From contig RDOA01000064.1 in the NCBI GenBank assembly GCA_011364925.1, positions 1 through 17,421 of the forward strand: a stretch of 17,421 bases of DNA, given 5' to 3'. Origin of the DNA: Promethearchaeota archaeon. Lineage in GTDB: Archaea > Asgardarchaeota > Lokiarchaeia > Sigyniarchaeales > SOKP01. Made by a program: the position numbers and the translations under genes. This document shows, in pieces, positions 8,984 to 16,850 of this stretch (positions within the stretch are counted from its first letter, which is position 1; each line of letters starts with the position of its first letter). Under the pieces are notes generated by a model that was not told where the DNA came from, made no database searches, and was given only the letters and a program-made list of their open reading frames with translations.

Positions 8984-9048
8984 TATAATATCACCAAAAA
9001 AAAAATAAAAAGAATTTAAAAGTATTATATGAGTTTCTTATATTCTGC

Positions 9049-9516
9049 TTACCATTCATACTTCCTAGGACCAAACCAAATCAGCATTATTGCTGGAATT
9101 AAGACAAATACTCCAGTAATATAGAACCAACCGAATATCATAAAAATAATCCCCCAAATAAACATCCAAGGGACATTCTTGCCGCCTAATTTTAATGTCC
9201 ACCCATATAATGTTTCCCAGTCTTTCTCACCACAAGGGTTGGAAAATTTGGGTCTTATTATGATTAATGCTAAAAATATTGATATAATCCCACCAATTAA
9301 AGGCCATATTAATCCTAAAATTGGATGTGGAACAGGAAATGGTCCAAGTAAACCGACATCCCAAAGAGCTCGAGCAGATTCCCAAGCGGCTATTGCAGGA
9401 ATTAGCCCAACTAATTCGACAATAATCCGAAGTACTCCCAAAATAAGTAATATTATCCAAGCCCATTTTCCTAAGCCAGATACCCAACCAGCGTGTTTCC
9501 ATTCAGTTTCTCCCAT
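9049..9516 (-). CDS. Hypothetical integral membrane protein (about 4 TM, Trp/Gly-rich)
   Basis: 155-aa ORF with several hydrophobic segments; GAGGT upstream of the ATG. Confidence 0.85.
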   Translation of the reverse strand: MGETEWKHAGWVSGLGKWAWIILLILGVLRIIVELVGLIPAIAAWESARALWDVGLLGPFPVPHPILGLIWPLIGGIISIFLALIIIRPKFSNPCGEKDWETLYGWTLKLGGKNVPWMFIWGIIFMIFGWFYITGVFVLIPAIMLIWFGPRKYEW

Positions 9517-9724
9517 TTTATTCTACCTCAATATTTCAAATTGTTAGGTATAGAATTTCTTATATTTTTTGAATTTTAATTTAAAATTAAGATAGTATTC
9601 ATATTCCTTGAATTTAAAATTGATCATAATAGATTAATAAATTTAGGAGCAACTTCCATATTATTTAACAAGATTCAGAAATAGAAAAATAATAATTTAA
9701 AAAAAATTACAAACAAGACCAAAT

Positions 9725-11188
9725 TTAAGTCTCTGGGTTAAGAATTTCCCCAACATAATATAGACCAACGAGGTTTCCACGAATTTGGAACTTACGCGAT
9801 ACTAATAAAATTATAACATGCTCGTTTTCATCGAGGTGACCCGTTTCAACGCCATATTTTACGGACTCTTCGATTAAACTCTCCGCGTCTAGATTAAAAA
9901 AGTCAATATTCTCGATAAATATAGGGTGGACTCCCCAAACAAGGTTTAGTTCTCGTGCAGTTTTTTGGGAGGGTGTCATTGCGATGATTGGTAAGGGAGG
10001 TCGGAATTTCGAAATCATTTTTGCTCCGAATCCCTTTCGGGTAATTACTAAGATTTTACCTCTAAAATTTAATTGTTCCATTTCTTGAGAGAGAGAGCAT
10101 ATAGCGTGCCCAAGCGTTTGCGTGTGGGTTAATCGATCAGAATCGTAATCGTCAGGAGTTCTTAATGGAGCGTTTTCGCTGGCTGTTGTAGCAATTTTAT
10201 TCATATATTCTACTGAATTTATAGGATATTTACCTACTGCAGTTTCAGCAGAGAGCATTACCGCGTCTGTTCCATCTATAACTGCATTATAAATGTCGTT
10301 AGCTTCAGCTCTAGTTGGAACTGGGGTGTTAACCATTGATTCTAACATTTGGGTCGCTACAATAACAGGCTTTCCCTCCTTGTTACATTTAAAAATCAGT
10401 TCTTTCTGGCGAATTGGAACTTGATCTGGTGAAATTTCAACACCTAAATCCCCTCTCGCAATCATAATACCGTCCGATACTTCTAAAATTTGATCAAAAT
10501 TTTCGAGTGCGATGGGACGCTCGATTTTAGATATTAGTTTTATTTCATCATTTCCGTAATTCTCAAGGAGCTTTTTAACTGTAAGTACGTCATCACCACT
10601 GGACACAAATGAAATCGCCACAAACTCTGGATTGAGATCTGCAATGAATTCAAGGTCTTTAATATCTTTCTCTGTAGGTACGGTTTGAGTTAACTCTCCG
10701 GAAGGAATGTTTACTCCTTTATTATTGCTAATTAACCCTCCAGCAACAACCTCCCCTATCAAATGATCTTTTTCTTTACTTTTTACCTTGATTTTAATGA
10801 TTCCATCGTTAACAAAAAACACGTCGCCTTTTCTCATTGTTTTCAAAAATCCTACAAGGGGAATCGAAAATTGAGTTTGGTCTCCACCTCCAGGGATTTC
10901 GCTCTCAAAAACTTTTACTTCTTGTCCAACATTTAAGATATAAGCCTCATCGTTCTTAAATTCACCAACCCTAATTTTAGGACCTTGGATATCTGCCATA
11001 ATTCCTACTTTATCGTCAACACTCCTTATTCTTTCGACTAATTCTCCCTTTTCTTGATGGGTTCCATGTGAGAAATTTAATCTAAAGATGTCTACACCAG
11101 CATCGATTAAACTTTTAATCATCTGTTTTGAGCTAGAGACAGGGCCTAATGTACTAACAATTTTTACGGTATTCTCTCTAAAAGACAT
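9725..11188 (-). CDS. pyk: Pyruvate kinase
   Basis: KIVSTLGP, RLNFSHG, DIQGPKIR, SKIE, ARGDLGVE, ATQMLESM and DAVMLSAETA. The ATG at 11188 is preferred over the TTG at 11218. Confidence 0.98.
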   Translation of the reverse strand: MSFRENTVKIVSTLGPVSSSKQMIKSLIDAGVDIFRLNFSHGTHQEKGELVERIRSVDDKVGIMADIQGPKIRVGEFKNDEAYILNVGQEVKVFESEIPGGGDQTQFSIPLVGFLKTMRKGDVFFVNDGIIKIKVKSKEKDHLIGEVVAGGLISNNKGVNIPSGELTQTVPTEKDIKDLEFIADLNPEFVAISFVSSGDDVLTVKKLLENYGNDEIKLISKIERPIALENFDQILEVSDGIMIARGDLGVEISPDQVPIRQKELIFKCNKEGKPVIVATQMLESMVNTPVPTRAEANDIYNAVIDGTDAVMLSAETAVGKYPINSVEYMNKIATTASENAPLRTPDDYDSDRLTHTQTLGHAICSLSQEMEQLNFRGKILVITRKGFGAKMISKFRPPLPIIAMTPSQKTARELNLVWGVHPIFIENIDFFNLDAESLIEESVKYGVETGHLDENEHVIILLVSRKFQIRGNLVGLYYVGEILNPET

Positions 11189-11265
11189 TTTTTCAACGCA
11201 TTCGATATTTAATTTCAATTCTAATATATAATAATTAATATAAATATTACGTCCGGTAATAAAAT

Positions 11266-11742
11266 TTATACTCGTTCAATTAAACTACCAAGCTTTTCTA
11301 AATCGTTTCGATATGAAGTTCTGAAACTTTTTAATAAATTAACTATTTCGGATAGATCATCCTTATTTTCTATTTCTTTTAAAGAAAGTAATCCTACTCT
11401 AAGATGTTGAGGATGTACTGAAAATTGAATAAGTTTTAGGTCGTTCTTTCTGCTGAAATCTTTTGCCAAATTAACAAGAAAATCAGAACTTTGTGAAGCT
11501 AATAATACTGCTAAAAAATATCTAAATTTAGGCGATTTATCGTAATTTTTAGTTTTAATGGAAAAAAGATTTTTCAGACTTCCTCCTAATTCGTATACTC
11601 TTTTAACTTTTAAGGATTTAGCAATTCTATCAACTTTTTCTGAGATAGGCGGATATTTACTTCTAATCCTTTTAGCATCTTTCAATAATTTTTTTTTAAT
11701 AAAAGTATCTAGGTTTACTTTACTATCATTTTCCGAAGGCAT
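11266..11742 (-). CDS. Hypothetical basic protein (158 aa)
   Basis: Full ORF with ATG start, co-oriented with and just upstream of pyk. No motif recognised. Confidence 0.8.
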   Translation of the reverse strand: MPSENDSKVNLDTFIKKKLLKDAKRIRSKYPPISEKVDRIAKSLKVKRVYELGGSLKNLFSIKTKNYDKSPKFRYFLAVLLASQSSDFLVNLAKDFSRKNDLKLIQFSVHPQHLRVGLLSLKEIENKDDLSEIVNLLKSFRTSYRNDLEKLGSLIERV

Positions 11743-11801
11743 AAAGTTGAGAATATTATATTATATTTGACTTTAAATAATTTCTCTTTTGAAAAAATCT
11801 T

Positions 11802-11819
11802 CGAAACATATAAATATGT
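11802..11819 (+). promoter_or_regulatory. BRE-like CGAAA plus TATA box (TATAAATA), inside the palindrome ACATAT-aa-ATATGT
   Basis: CGAAA at 11802-11806 and TATAAATA at 11809-11816. Predicted start about 11836-11840. Confidence 0.55.
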
Positions 11820-11835
11820 CAATATCTAGTATTAT

Positions 11836-11955
11836 GATGGTTGCTACAATTATTTAGTTATTCCGATCACGCTAGTTTCTTTAAAGAGAAAATCTGATTA
11901 AGGGTATACTATAAAGCACATAGGCGAAACCATTTTCAATGCGTAGGATTACTCC
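11836..11955 (+). ncRNA. Candidate structured 5' leader / cis-regulatory RNA
   Basis: Nested pairings: GATGGTT(11836-42)/AACCATT(11928-34), TAGT/ACTA, GATCA/TGATT, TTTCT/AGAGA. It begins at the predicted TSS. Confidence 0.4.
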
Positions 11956-11983
11956 ATAAATTAATAACATATTGAGGTTAAAT

Positions 11984-12199
11984 ATGTCGATTGTCCCATC
12001 ACTTAAAAACAAGGGTTTAGAAGTAAGTAGGTTTTTAGATTGGTGCAAGTACAAGAACACCTTTTACAACAACTTATATTTAGAAGAATATGATTTAGTA
12101 ATTAAGATGCCTTTAATTCCAAAAAATGACGATAGTCGTGATAAACTTAAGCTTAAAAAATTCGATTTAACTAAATACACATACCTTCTTTCTTATTAA
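11984..12199 (+). CDS. Small hypothetical protein (71 aa)
   Basis: ATG at 11984 with the SD GAGGT at 11974-11978, and an upstream promoter. Confidence 0.65.
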   Translation: MSIVPSLKNKGLEVSRFLDWCKYKNTFYNNLYLEEYDLVIKMPLIPKNDDSRDKLKLKKFDLTKYTYLLSY

Positions 12200-12235
12200 C
12201 GAAAAAATTAAAAATTTATATTCTTATTAGAATAT

Positions 12236-12376
12236 TTATTTTTGCTTCTCCTCTACCTTAAGTTTTTGGTTCCAACACGAGAAGCAAATATAAGTTCCAT
12301 CTTCCAAAATCACAAGATCTTTTATTGAGCGAATCATTCCACATTTCTGACATTTTTCCTTTATATTTTGTATCAC
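12236..12376 (-). CDS. 46-aa zinc-finger microprotein (not in the ORF track): MIQNIKEKCQKCGMIRSIKDLVILEDGTYICFSCWNQKLKVEEKQK
   Basis: Manual translation from GTG at 12376 (alternative TTG at 12379) to TAA at 12236-12238. CQKCG and CFSC pairs; 24 nt downstream of the MBL gene. Confidence 0.85.
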   Translation of the reverse strand: MIQNIKEKCQKCGMIRSIKDLVILEDGTYICFSCWNQKLKVEEKQK

Positions 12377-12400
12377 CAATAAATTATCTCTTTAAGAATT

Positions 12401-13873
12401 TCAACTTAAATCTATTGTCTCATTTTTATTTGGAATTATTACATTAATTTCTGAATTGTCAAAATAATCTCTGAAAAAGAGGGGGTGTTCTGTATGAATG
12501 GGAACCAAATATTCAGGATTTACTGAATTAATAAAGTTAATTAAATGATGTGGCATTGCGTGTCCAGACGCGTGGATTTTGTAAGAAGGGATCCCGTGCT
12601 TTCGAAAATAGTGGTTTAATGTTCTATTATTATCGAGATATTCCTCAGTATAGGGATCAATACTGGATGAGATAAAAGCACCTTTCAAATTTTGATTTAT
12701 CTTCTCGATTATATCTTTTTGAAGAGATGTTATGCAAAAGAAAAATCCTTTTTGTAAATCTTTAATATCCCTTTGAGTTATAAACCTGTATCCTTTATGT
12801 TCAGAATACATTTTTTGTCTAATTTTTTCTTGCCATCGATATTTTACATTACCCCAAGAGAGAATTATTATGTGGTCGTCATCTATTATATTCGGATCCT
12901 TCATACTCGCATATATCTCATCTTTATTCATAACATAATAAAAATACGCATCTTTTTCAGTAATTATGAACTTCCAACCATATTTTTTCGCAATAAAGGA
13001 GAAAGTTCTGAATCTATCAAGGTTTAAACGATCGTATTTCACCAAGAAGAAATCAAACGGATTATCAACAAACAATTGTTCTAAATTCTGCTCTACAAAT
13101 TCCTCAGACTCAATTGTACCGCGATTAATATGCGTACCTTCACATATAAGAAGCTTTATCCTGTCAGTTTTATCTTTTTCTAGGTCTTGGTCACTAAGAT
13201 CTTTAGAGGGAGTATTACTCAAATTTTTTTTTATTTCTAACAAAAAGTCCTGCGTCATATTTGATAAGGGACCATGCATCCTAAAATCTCCAGAATACAC
13301 AACGATACCTTTTGAAGTTTTAATAATAAAACCATAAGCCGCGGGAATCGAATGATCTACATGAACAGGCACTATTTCTAAACCTTTGATATCAAGCACA
13401 TCACCTGTTCGAAAAAGTCTCCAATCTAACCCATCGTAGTTATTACAAATTGAATGTCTTGAAGATTTATAGTAAGCGGATATTATCTTTTTAGTAAAAA
13501 CTCCCGTATATATAGGAATAGTTCTGTTAGTGAATGAAAGCCCGTAAAAGTGGTCTTTATGAGGGTGACTTACCAGTATCCCATCTATATTCGTAGATGG
13601 TTCCTGAAATTTTTTGTCTTTGCTAGTTTTATAATTTAGGTATAAATTTTTAACAGAAAGATCTTCTGCCTTTGGTAATAACCCTAATTTTATTAGTTCC
13701 TTAATTGAGGATGGTTCCTCAAACTTTTCAAAGATATCGTTAAACTTCTTTATGTTTATTCCGAAATCAAGAAAAATTTTCACATCGTACTCGAAATCTT
13801 CCAATAATACATTATTTCCTCCAACTTCATTCACTCCCCCTAAAAAAGTAAGTCTTACACCTGTAGTTTTCAT
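12401..13873 (-). CDS. Metallo-beta-lactamase/beta-CASP nuclease, RNase J-like
   Basis: GGVNEVGGN, SHPHKDH (HxHxDH), VDHSIP, YSGDFR, CEGT, HASGH and VPIH motifs. Confidence 0.9.
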   Translation of the reverse strand: MKTTGVRLTFLGGVNEVGGNNVLLEDFEYDVKIFLDFGINIKKFNDIFEKFEEPSSIKELIKLGLLPKAEDLSVKNLYLNYKTSKDKKFQEPSTNIDGILVSHPHKDHFYGLSFTNRTIPIYTGVFTKKIISAYYKSSRHSICNNYDGLDWRLFRTGDVLDIKGLEIVPVHVDHSIPAAYGFIIKTSKGIVVYSGDFRMHGPLSNMTQDFLLEIKKNLSNTPSKDLSDQDLEKDKTDRIKLLICEGTHINRGTIESEEFVEQNLEQLFVDNPFDFFLVKYDRLNLDRFRTFSFIAKKYGWKFIITEKDAYFYYVMNKDEIYASMKDPNIIDDDHIIILSWGNVKYRWQEKIRQKMYSEHKGYRFITQRDIKDLQKGFFFCITSLQKDIIEKINQNLKGAFISSSIDPYTEEYLDNNRTLNHYFRKHGIPSYKIHASGHAMPHHLINFINSVNPEYLVPIHTEHPLFFRDYFDNSEINVIIPNKNETIDLS

Positions 13874-14083
13874 TTTGTCTTTACGAGTTCAAATTATTTT
13901 TTATCGTTTACTACTTTTATGTAGAGATTAAACAATTTAATTACCAACCAATTTCTTTAAAAATTTTTCTCTTAATTAACAAATCATTCTTGAAATTTTT
14001 TCGATTTCTAGAAGTAGAATGGTAATTGATGGATTAAGCTAGTAAATCTAAGAATTTTTAGAAATAATTCAACCATATTTTAC

Positions 14084-14200
14084 AAAAAAAAAGGAAAAGG
14101 AGCTACAATTCGAGCCTATTTATTTTAGGTTAAGAGAGAATTAAACTCAACGAGTTTAATAGAGGGCGAAATCCAATGTTAGCTCGAATTTTACTACCTC
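14084..14200 (-). ncRNA. Candidate stand-alone structured small RNA (~115 nt)
   Basis: TATA box 22 nt upstream of G14200. The ends pair (AATTCGAGC/GCTCGAATT, plus GAG/CTC). It has an internal perfect 9-bp hairpin and ends in U9. No ORF with a start codon was found. Confidence 0.55.
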
Positions 14201-14222
14201 AATATTGTATTTATTTTTTAAT

Positions 14223-14251
14223 TATTTAAAATCGATTGGTATCGATTTTAA
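14223..14251 (-). promoter_or_regulatory. TATA box (TTTAAATA, 14230-14223) overlapped by a perfect 11-bp inverted repeat
   Basis: TTAAAATCGAT-tggt-ATCGATTTTAA at 14226-14251. Confidence 0.6.
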
Positions 14252-14316
14252 TATGTGTTGATAGAACATATAAAAAAGTTATGGACATTTTTGTTAATGT
14301 ATAATAAATCCATAGC

Positions 14317-15753
14317 CTATAATTGGTTTTTTAAATCGAGTGTTTTGTATCTAATCGGAGAGTTCGTCCCTCGTTCCAAGTAAAAAAACTCACATTTTTG
14401 AGGTTTAAAGTTATTTTTTAAGAATTTTACAATTTCTAATCCTTTAGAAAACTCGTCGCAGATAAAGATATCAATGCTGATGTAACCATGTTCAGGCCAA
14501 GTATGAATTGCTGCATGACTTGTCTTAAGTATAGCAACAGAACTAAATCCATGTGGTTTATAGTGGTGATGAAATACATCAAGAACTGTTAAACCTGCCG
14601 AAACTAAAGCATTATAAAATGTGTCTTGAATGTTTTTACTCTCGAGTAAATAGTTTTGATTTTCAAAGTGCATTTCACCAATGAAGTGATATCCAAGAGG
14701 GCGAAAAGGGAGTGTGTCTTGAATTTTTACTTCGGAAGTATAAATTGGATTAAGTTTTAGGCTTAAATCATCCCCTATTGAACTTACTGCGCGTGTTAGT
14801 TGTAGATAATATAGATGGCTAAATTGCCCTAAAATGCTCGCTCCTTTATAAATGTTGAAGTAAGGGATCATTTCATTGATTGTAAATCCATGATCTAAAA
14901 TTGATAATTGTAGCTGAAGCATTTCTTTTGGGGGTTTGTTTCCAAAGCATAAAAGGCATTTTTTTCCAATAACATCGTGCCAACCTCCATCAATTTTAAT
15001 TGAAGTCCTTAACACTTGACGAGCTCTTTTTAGAAACAATCTTAATCCCTCATTGGTATATGGAGGATCCATAATCACGATGTCATATTCATTAACTACA
15101 TCTTTGGGACAAGCTTCTCTGAGATCAAAGGGGATCACATTGAAATTTTTGAGTGATAATCTTGAAGCAGTCTTTGAAAGGAAGTCAATAATGTTTGGAT
15201 CAATATCAATAACAGTAATTTTTTCAGCAAGGTCTAATAACCCAACGGCTATAGAGGTTGCATCATCATCGCCTAGAAAGATCATCTTTTTCCCTTCAAT
15301 ACTCCCCTTTTTTAATAAGTAAAACACACGATTAATAACTGTAGCGGGAGTAGCATGAGATTGATCCAACGCAAAATCGGGTTCTGGGCGTTCGTTTAAG
15401 ATATCTGTTATTTTCATTATTCCCTTTAAGTGTTCAGGAATTTCAGGCGTAGATACATCTAGAATGCCTGGAAGAGGATCAAATTCAAATCTCAAACCAA
15501 GATTTTTCCTAATCCATTCCCTTCCTGTATCCCCAAGAAAATTTTTTTTCTCAATAATATTAGCTTTTACTAATTCACCCCGAACAGCAGCAAGAGCTGG
15601 GATCGCAATTCCAGTTTTTTGCGACACTTTTTTGTTTTTTAATGAAGGGAAGCGATACATGGCGAGAAGAATTGATAAAACACCTTCAATGCCCTCTGCG
15701 AGTTGAGCTCTTTCAGCTATTAAAGTAAGATTTTCTTCTATTTTTAGATCCAT
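14317..15753 (-). CDS. Fusion: BpsA-like (N4-bis(aminopropyl)spermidine synthase family) aminopropyltransferase + pyruvoyl-dependent S-adenosylmethionine decarboxylase proenzyme
   Basis: BpsA-family motifs RPEPDFALDQ, FLGDDD, VIDID, FDLR and DPPYT. SpeD motifs GYHFIGE and TSHAAIHTWPEHGYISIDIFIC. One continuous frame. Confidence 0.88.
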   Translation of the reverse strand: MDLKIEENLTLIAERAQLAEGIEGVLSILLAMYRFPSLKNKKVSQKTGIAIPALAAVRGELVKANIIEKKNFLGDTGREWIRKNLGLRFEFDPLPGILDVSTPEIPEHLKGIMKITDILNERPEPDFALDQSHATPATVINRVFYLLKKGSIEGKKMIFLGDDDATSIAVGLLDLAEKITVIDIDPNIIDFLSKTASRLSLKNFNVIPFDLREACPKDVVNEYDIVIMDPPYTNEGLRLFLKRARQVLRTSIKIDGGWHDVIGKKCLLCFGNKPPKEMLQLQLSILDHGFTINEMIPYFNIYKGASILGQFSHLYYLQLTRAVSSIGDDLSLKLNPIYTSEVKIQDTLPFRPLGYHFIGEMHFENQNYLLESKNIQDTFYNALVSAGLTVLDVFHHHYKPHGFSSVAILKTSHAAIHTWPEHGYISIDIFICDEFSKGLEIVKFLKNNFKPQKCEFFYLERGTNSPIRYKTLDLKNQL

Positions 15754-15907
15754 TTCACAAAAACTCCTTCGAGTCTTAGTTTAAAACTATACTTAATTGC
15801 TTATATTTTCTTTTTTAAATTGAAACTAGTAGGAGTAAAATATTAAAAAAGTCAGAATTGCATCATTACAGAGAATTTACTTCTAAAATAAATAATAAAA
15901 AAAAGAA

Positions 15908-16750
15908 TTACGACTTGATTTTTTTCCAGATATAACCGTGTCCATCAAAGAGGATAAATATCGCAATAGCAGATACTACTAAAAAGAAAATAAGCAAATC
16001 TAAATCAGTTGGTATCCTTCCAAACAATGCTTCTAAATTAATAACGAAATTACTCATCCATGGCCAGGTACCAGGGAGTGGTTGTCCATTTAAAAGGAAA
16101 TATAAGAAATCCTCAAGAGTGCTATATTGTAAAAGCGTACCTGATACAAATATATTCCAGCTTTGTCTTTTAGAACCACCACCGAATTTCCATCCAATGG
16201 CAACAATAAGATAAAAGAATGTCATAAGCAACCCCCAAAAAGATAGATAATACATTGTCTTGTCAGTAACGCCACCATACCAAAGAGCATCGATTGCAAA
16301 GTTTACCAATATCCCGATGGGAACAATTATTACAAGATAAAGAACTAACAAAACGATTAGTCTATTCCTCATTGATTTCGGTTGAAGAATGAACGCTGGT
16401 ATTAATCCAAATAAAACCAATTGTAAGTATAAGAGAAAACCCTGTGAAGTTCCTAAAACGATGTAAAAAATGATAGGTATCCCATTTGCAATTAAAAATA
16501 AGACAATAGCAATAATTAACCATTTCTTATCTGATTTTCCCCGCTCGCTTTCCCTATTGCCCGCGAGATAAATAAAAACAATTGGTAGAATTAATCCCAA
16601 ACTCAGCAAACTAATTAACCATACAAAACGCATCATAATTCCTACTTCAGGATGCTCAGCTGCCCAATCTACTTCTGCTGTAAGGATGATTACCCCAATG
16701 AATATTGCAAGAACGATAAAATTCTTTATCCATGATTTAGTTTCAGACAT
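15908..16750 (-). CDS. Hypothetical polytopic membrane protein (about 8 TM)
   Basis: 280 aa with repeated hydrophobic segments. Confidence 0.88.
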   Translation of the reverse strand: MSETKSWIKNFIVLAIFIGVIILTAEVDWAAEHPEVGIMMRFVWLISLLSLGLILPIVFIYLAGNRESERGKSDKKWLIIAIVLFLIANGIPIIFYIVLGTSQGFLLYLQLVLFGLIPAFILQPKSMRNRLIVLLVLYLVIIVPIGILVNFAIDALWYGGVTDKTMYYLSFWGLLMTFFYLIVAIGWKFGGGSKRQSWNIFVSGTLLQYSTLEDFLYFLLNGQPLPGTWPWMSNFVINLEALFGRIPTDLDLLIFFLVVSAIAIFILFDGHGYIWKKIKS

Positions 16751-16850
16751 TTAATCTCATTTTATATTGAATTTTATTAAGCATAATGATTTACCAAATG
16801 TTAAAAAACTTGAGATTCGAATTGAATCAATAGTCAAAAAAAAGAGTCTA

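Noticed and set aside
11836-11950. Resemblance to a hammerhead ribozyme (CTGA…GAAAC), c-di-GMP-I riboswitch (GGC.AAACCATT), TPP riboswitch (GCGTAGG) or C/D box sRNA
   Set aside because: Each lacks essential parts: CUGAUUA instead of CUGANGA with no stems I/II, no GNRA loop or GACGCAAAG, no CUGAGA, and only an imperfect C box with no convincing C'/D' spacing.
14107-14190. tRNA-like cloverleaf
   Set aside because: No T-loop (TTCRA in a 7-nt loop), no D-loop GG in context, and no 7-nt anticodon loop on a 5-bp stem.
11836-14251. SECIS elements / selenoprotein recoding (known in Lokiarchaeia)
   Set aside because: No adjacent ORF with a plausible in-frame UGA read-through was found, and the hairpins lack a clear AUGA/GA kink-turn core.
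9179-15706. Other overlapping ORFs (9179-9547, 9227-9502, 11558-11770, 12773-13337, 15053-15706)
   Set aside because: Antisense or out-of-frame shadows of better-supported genes.
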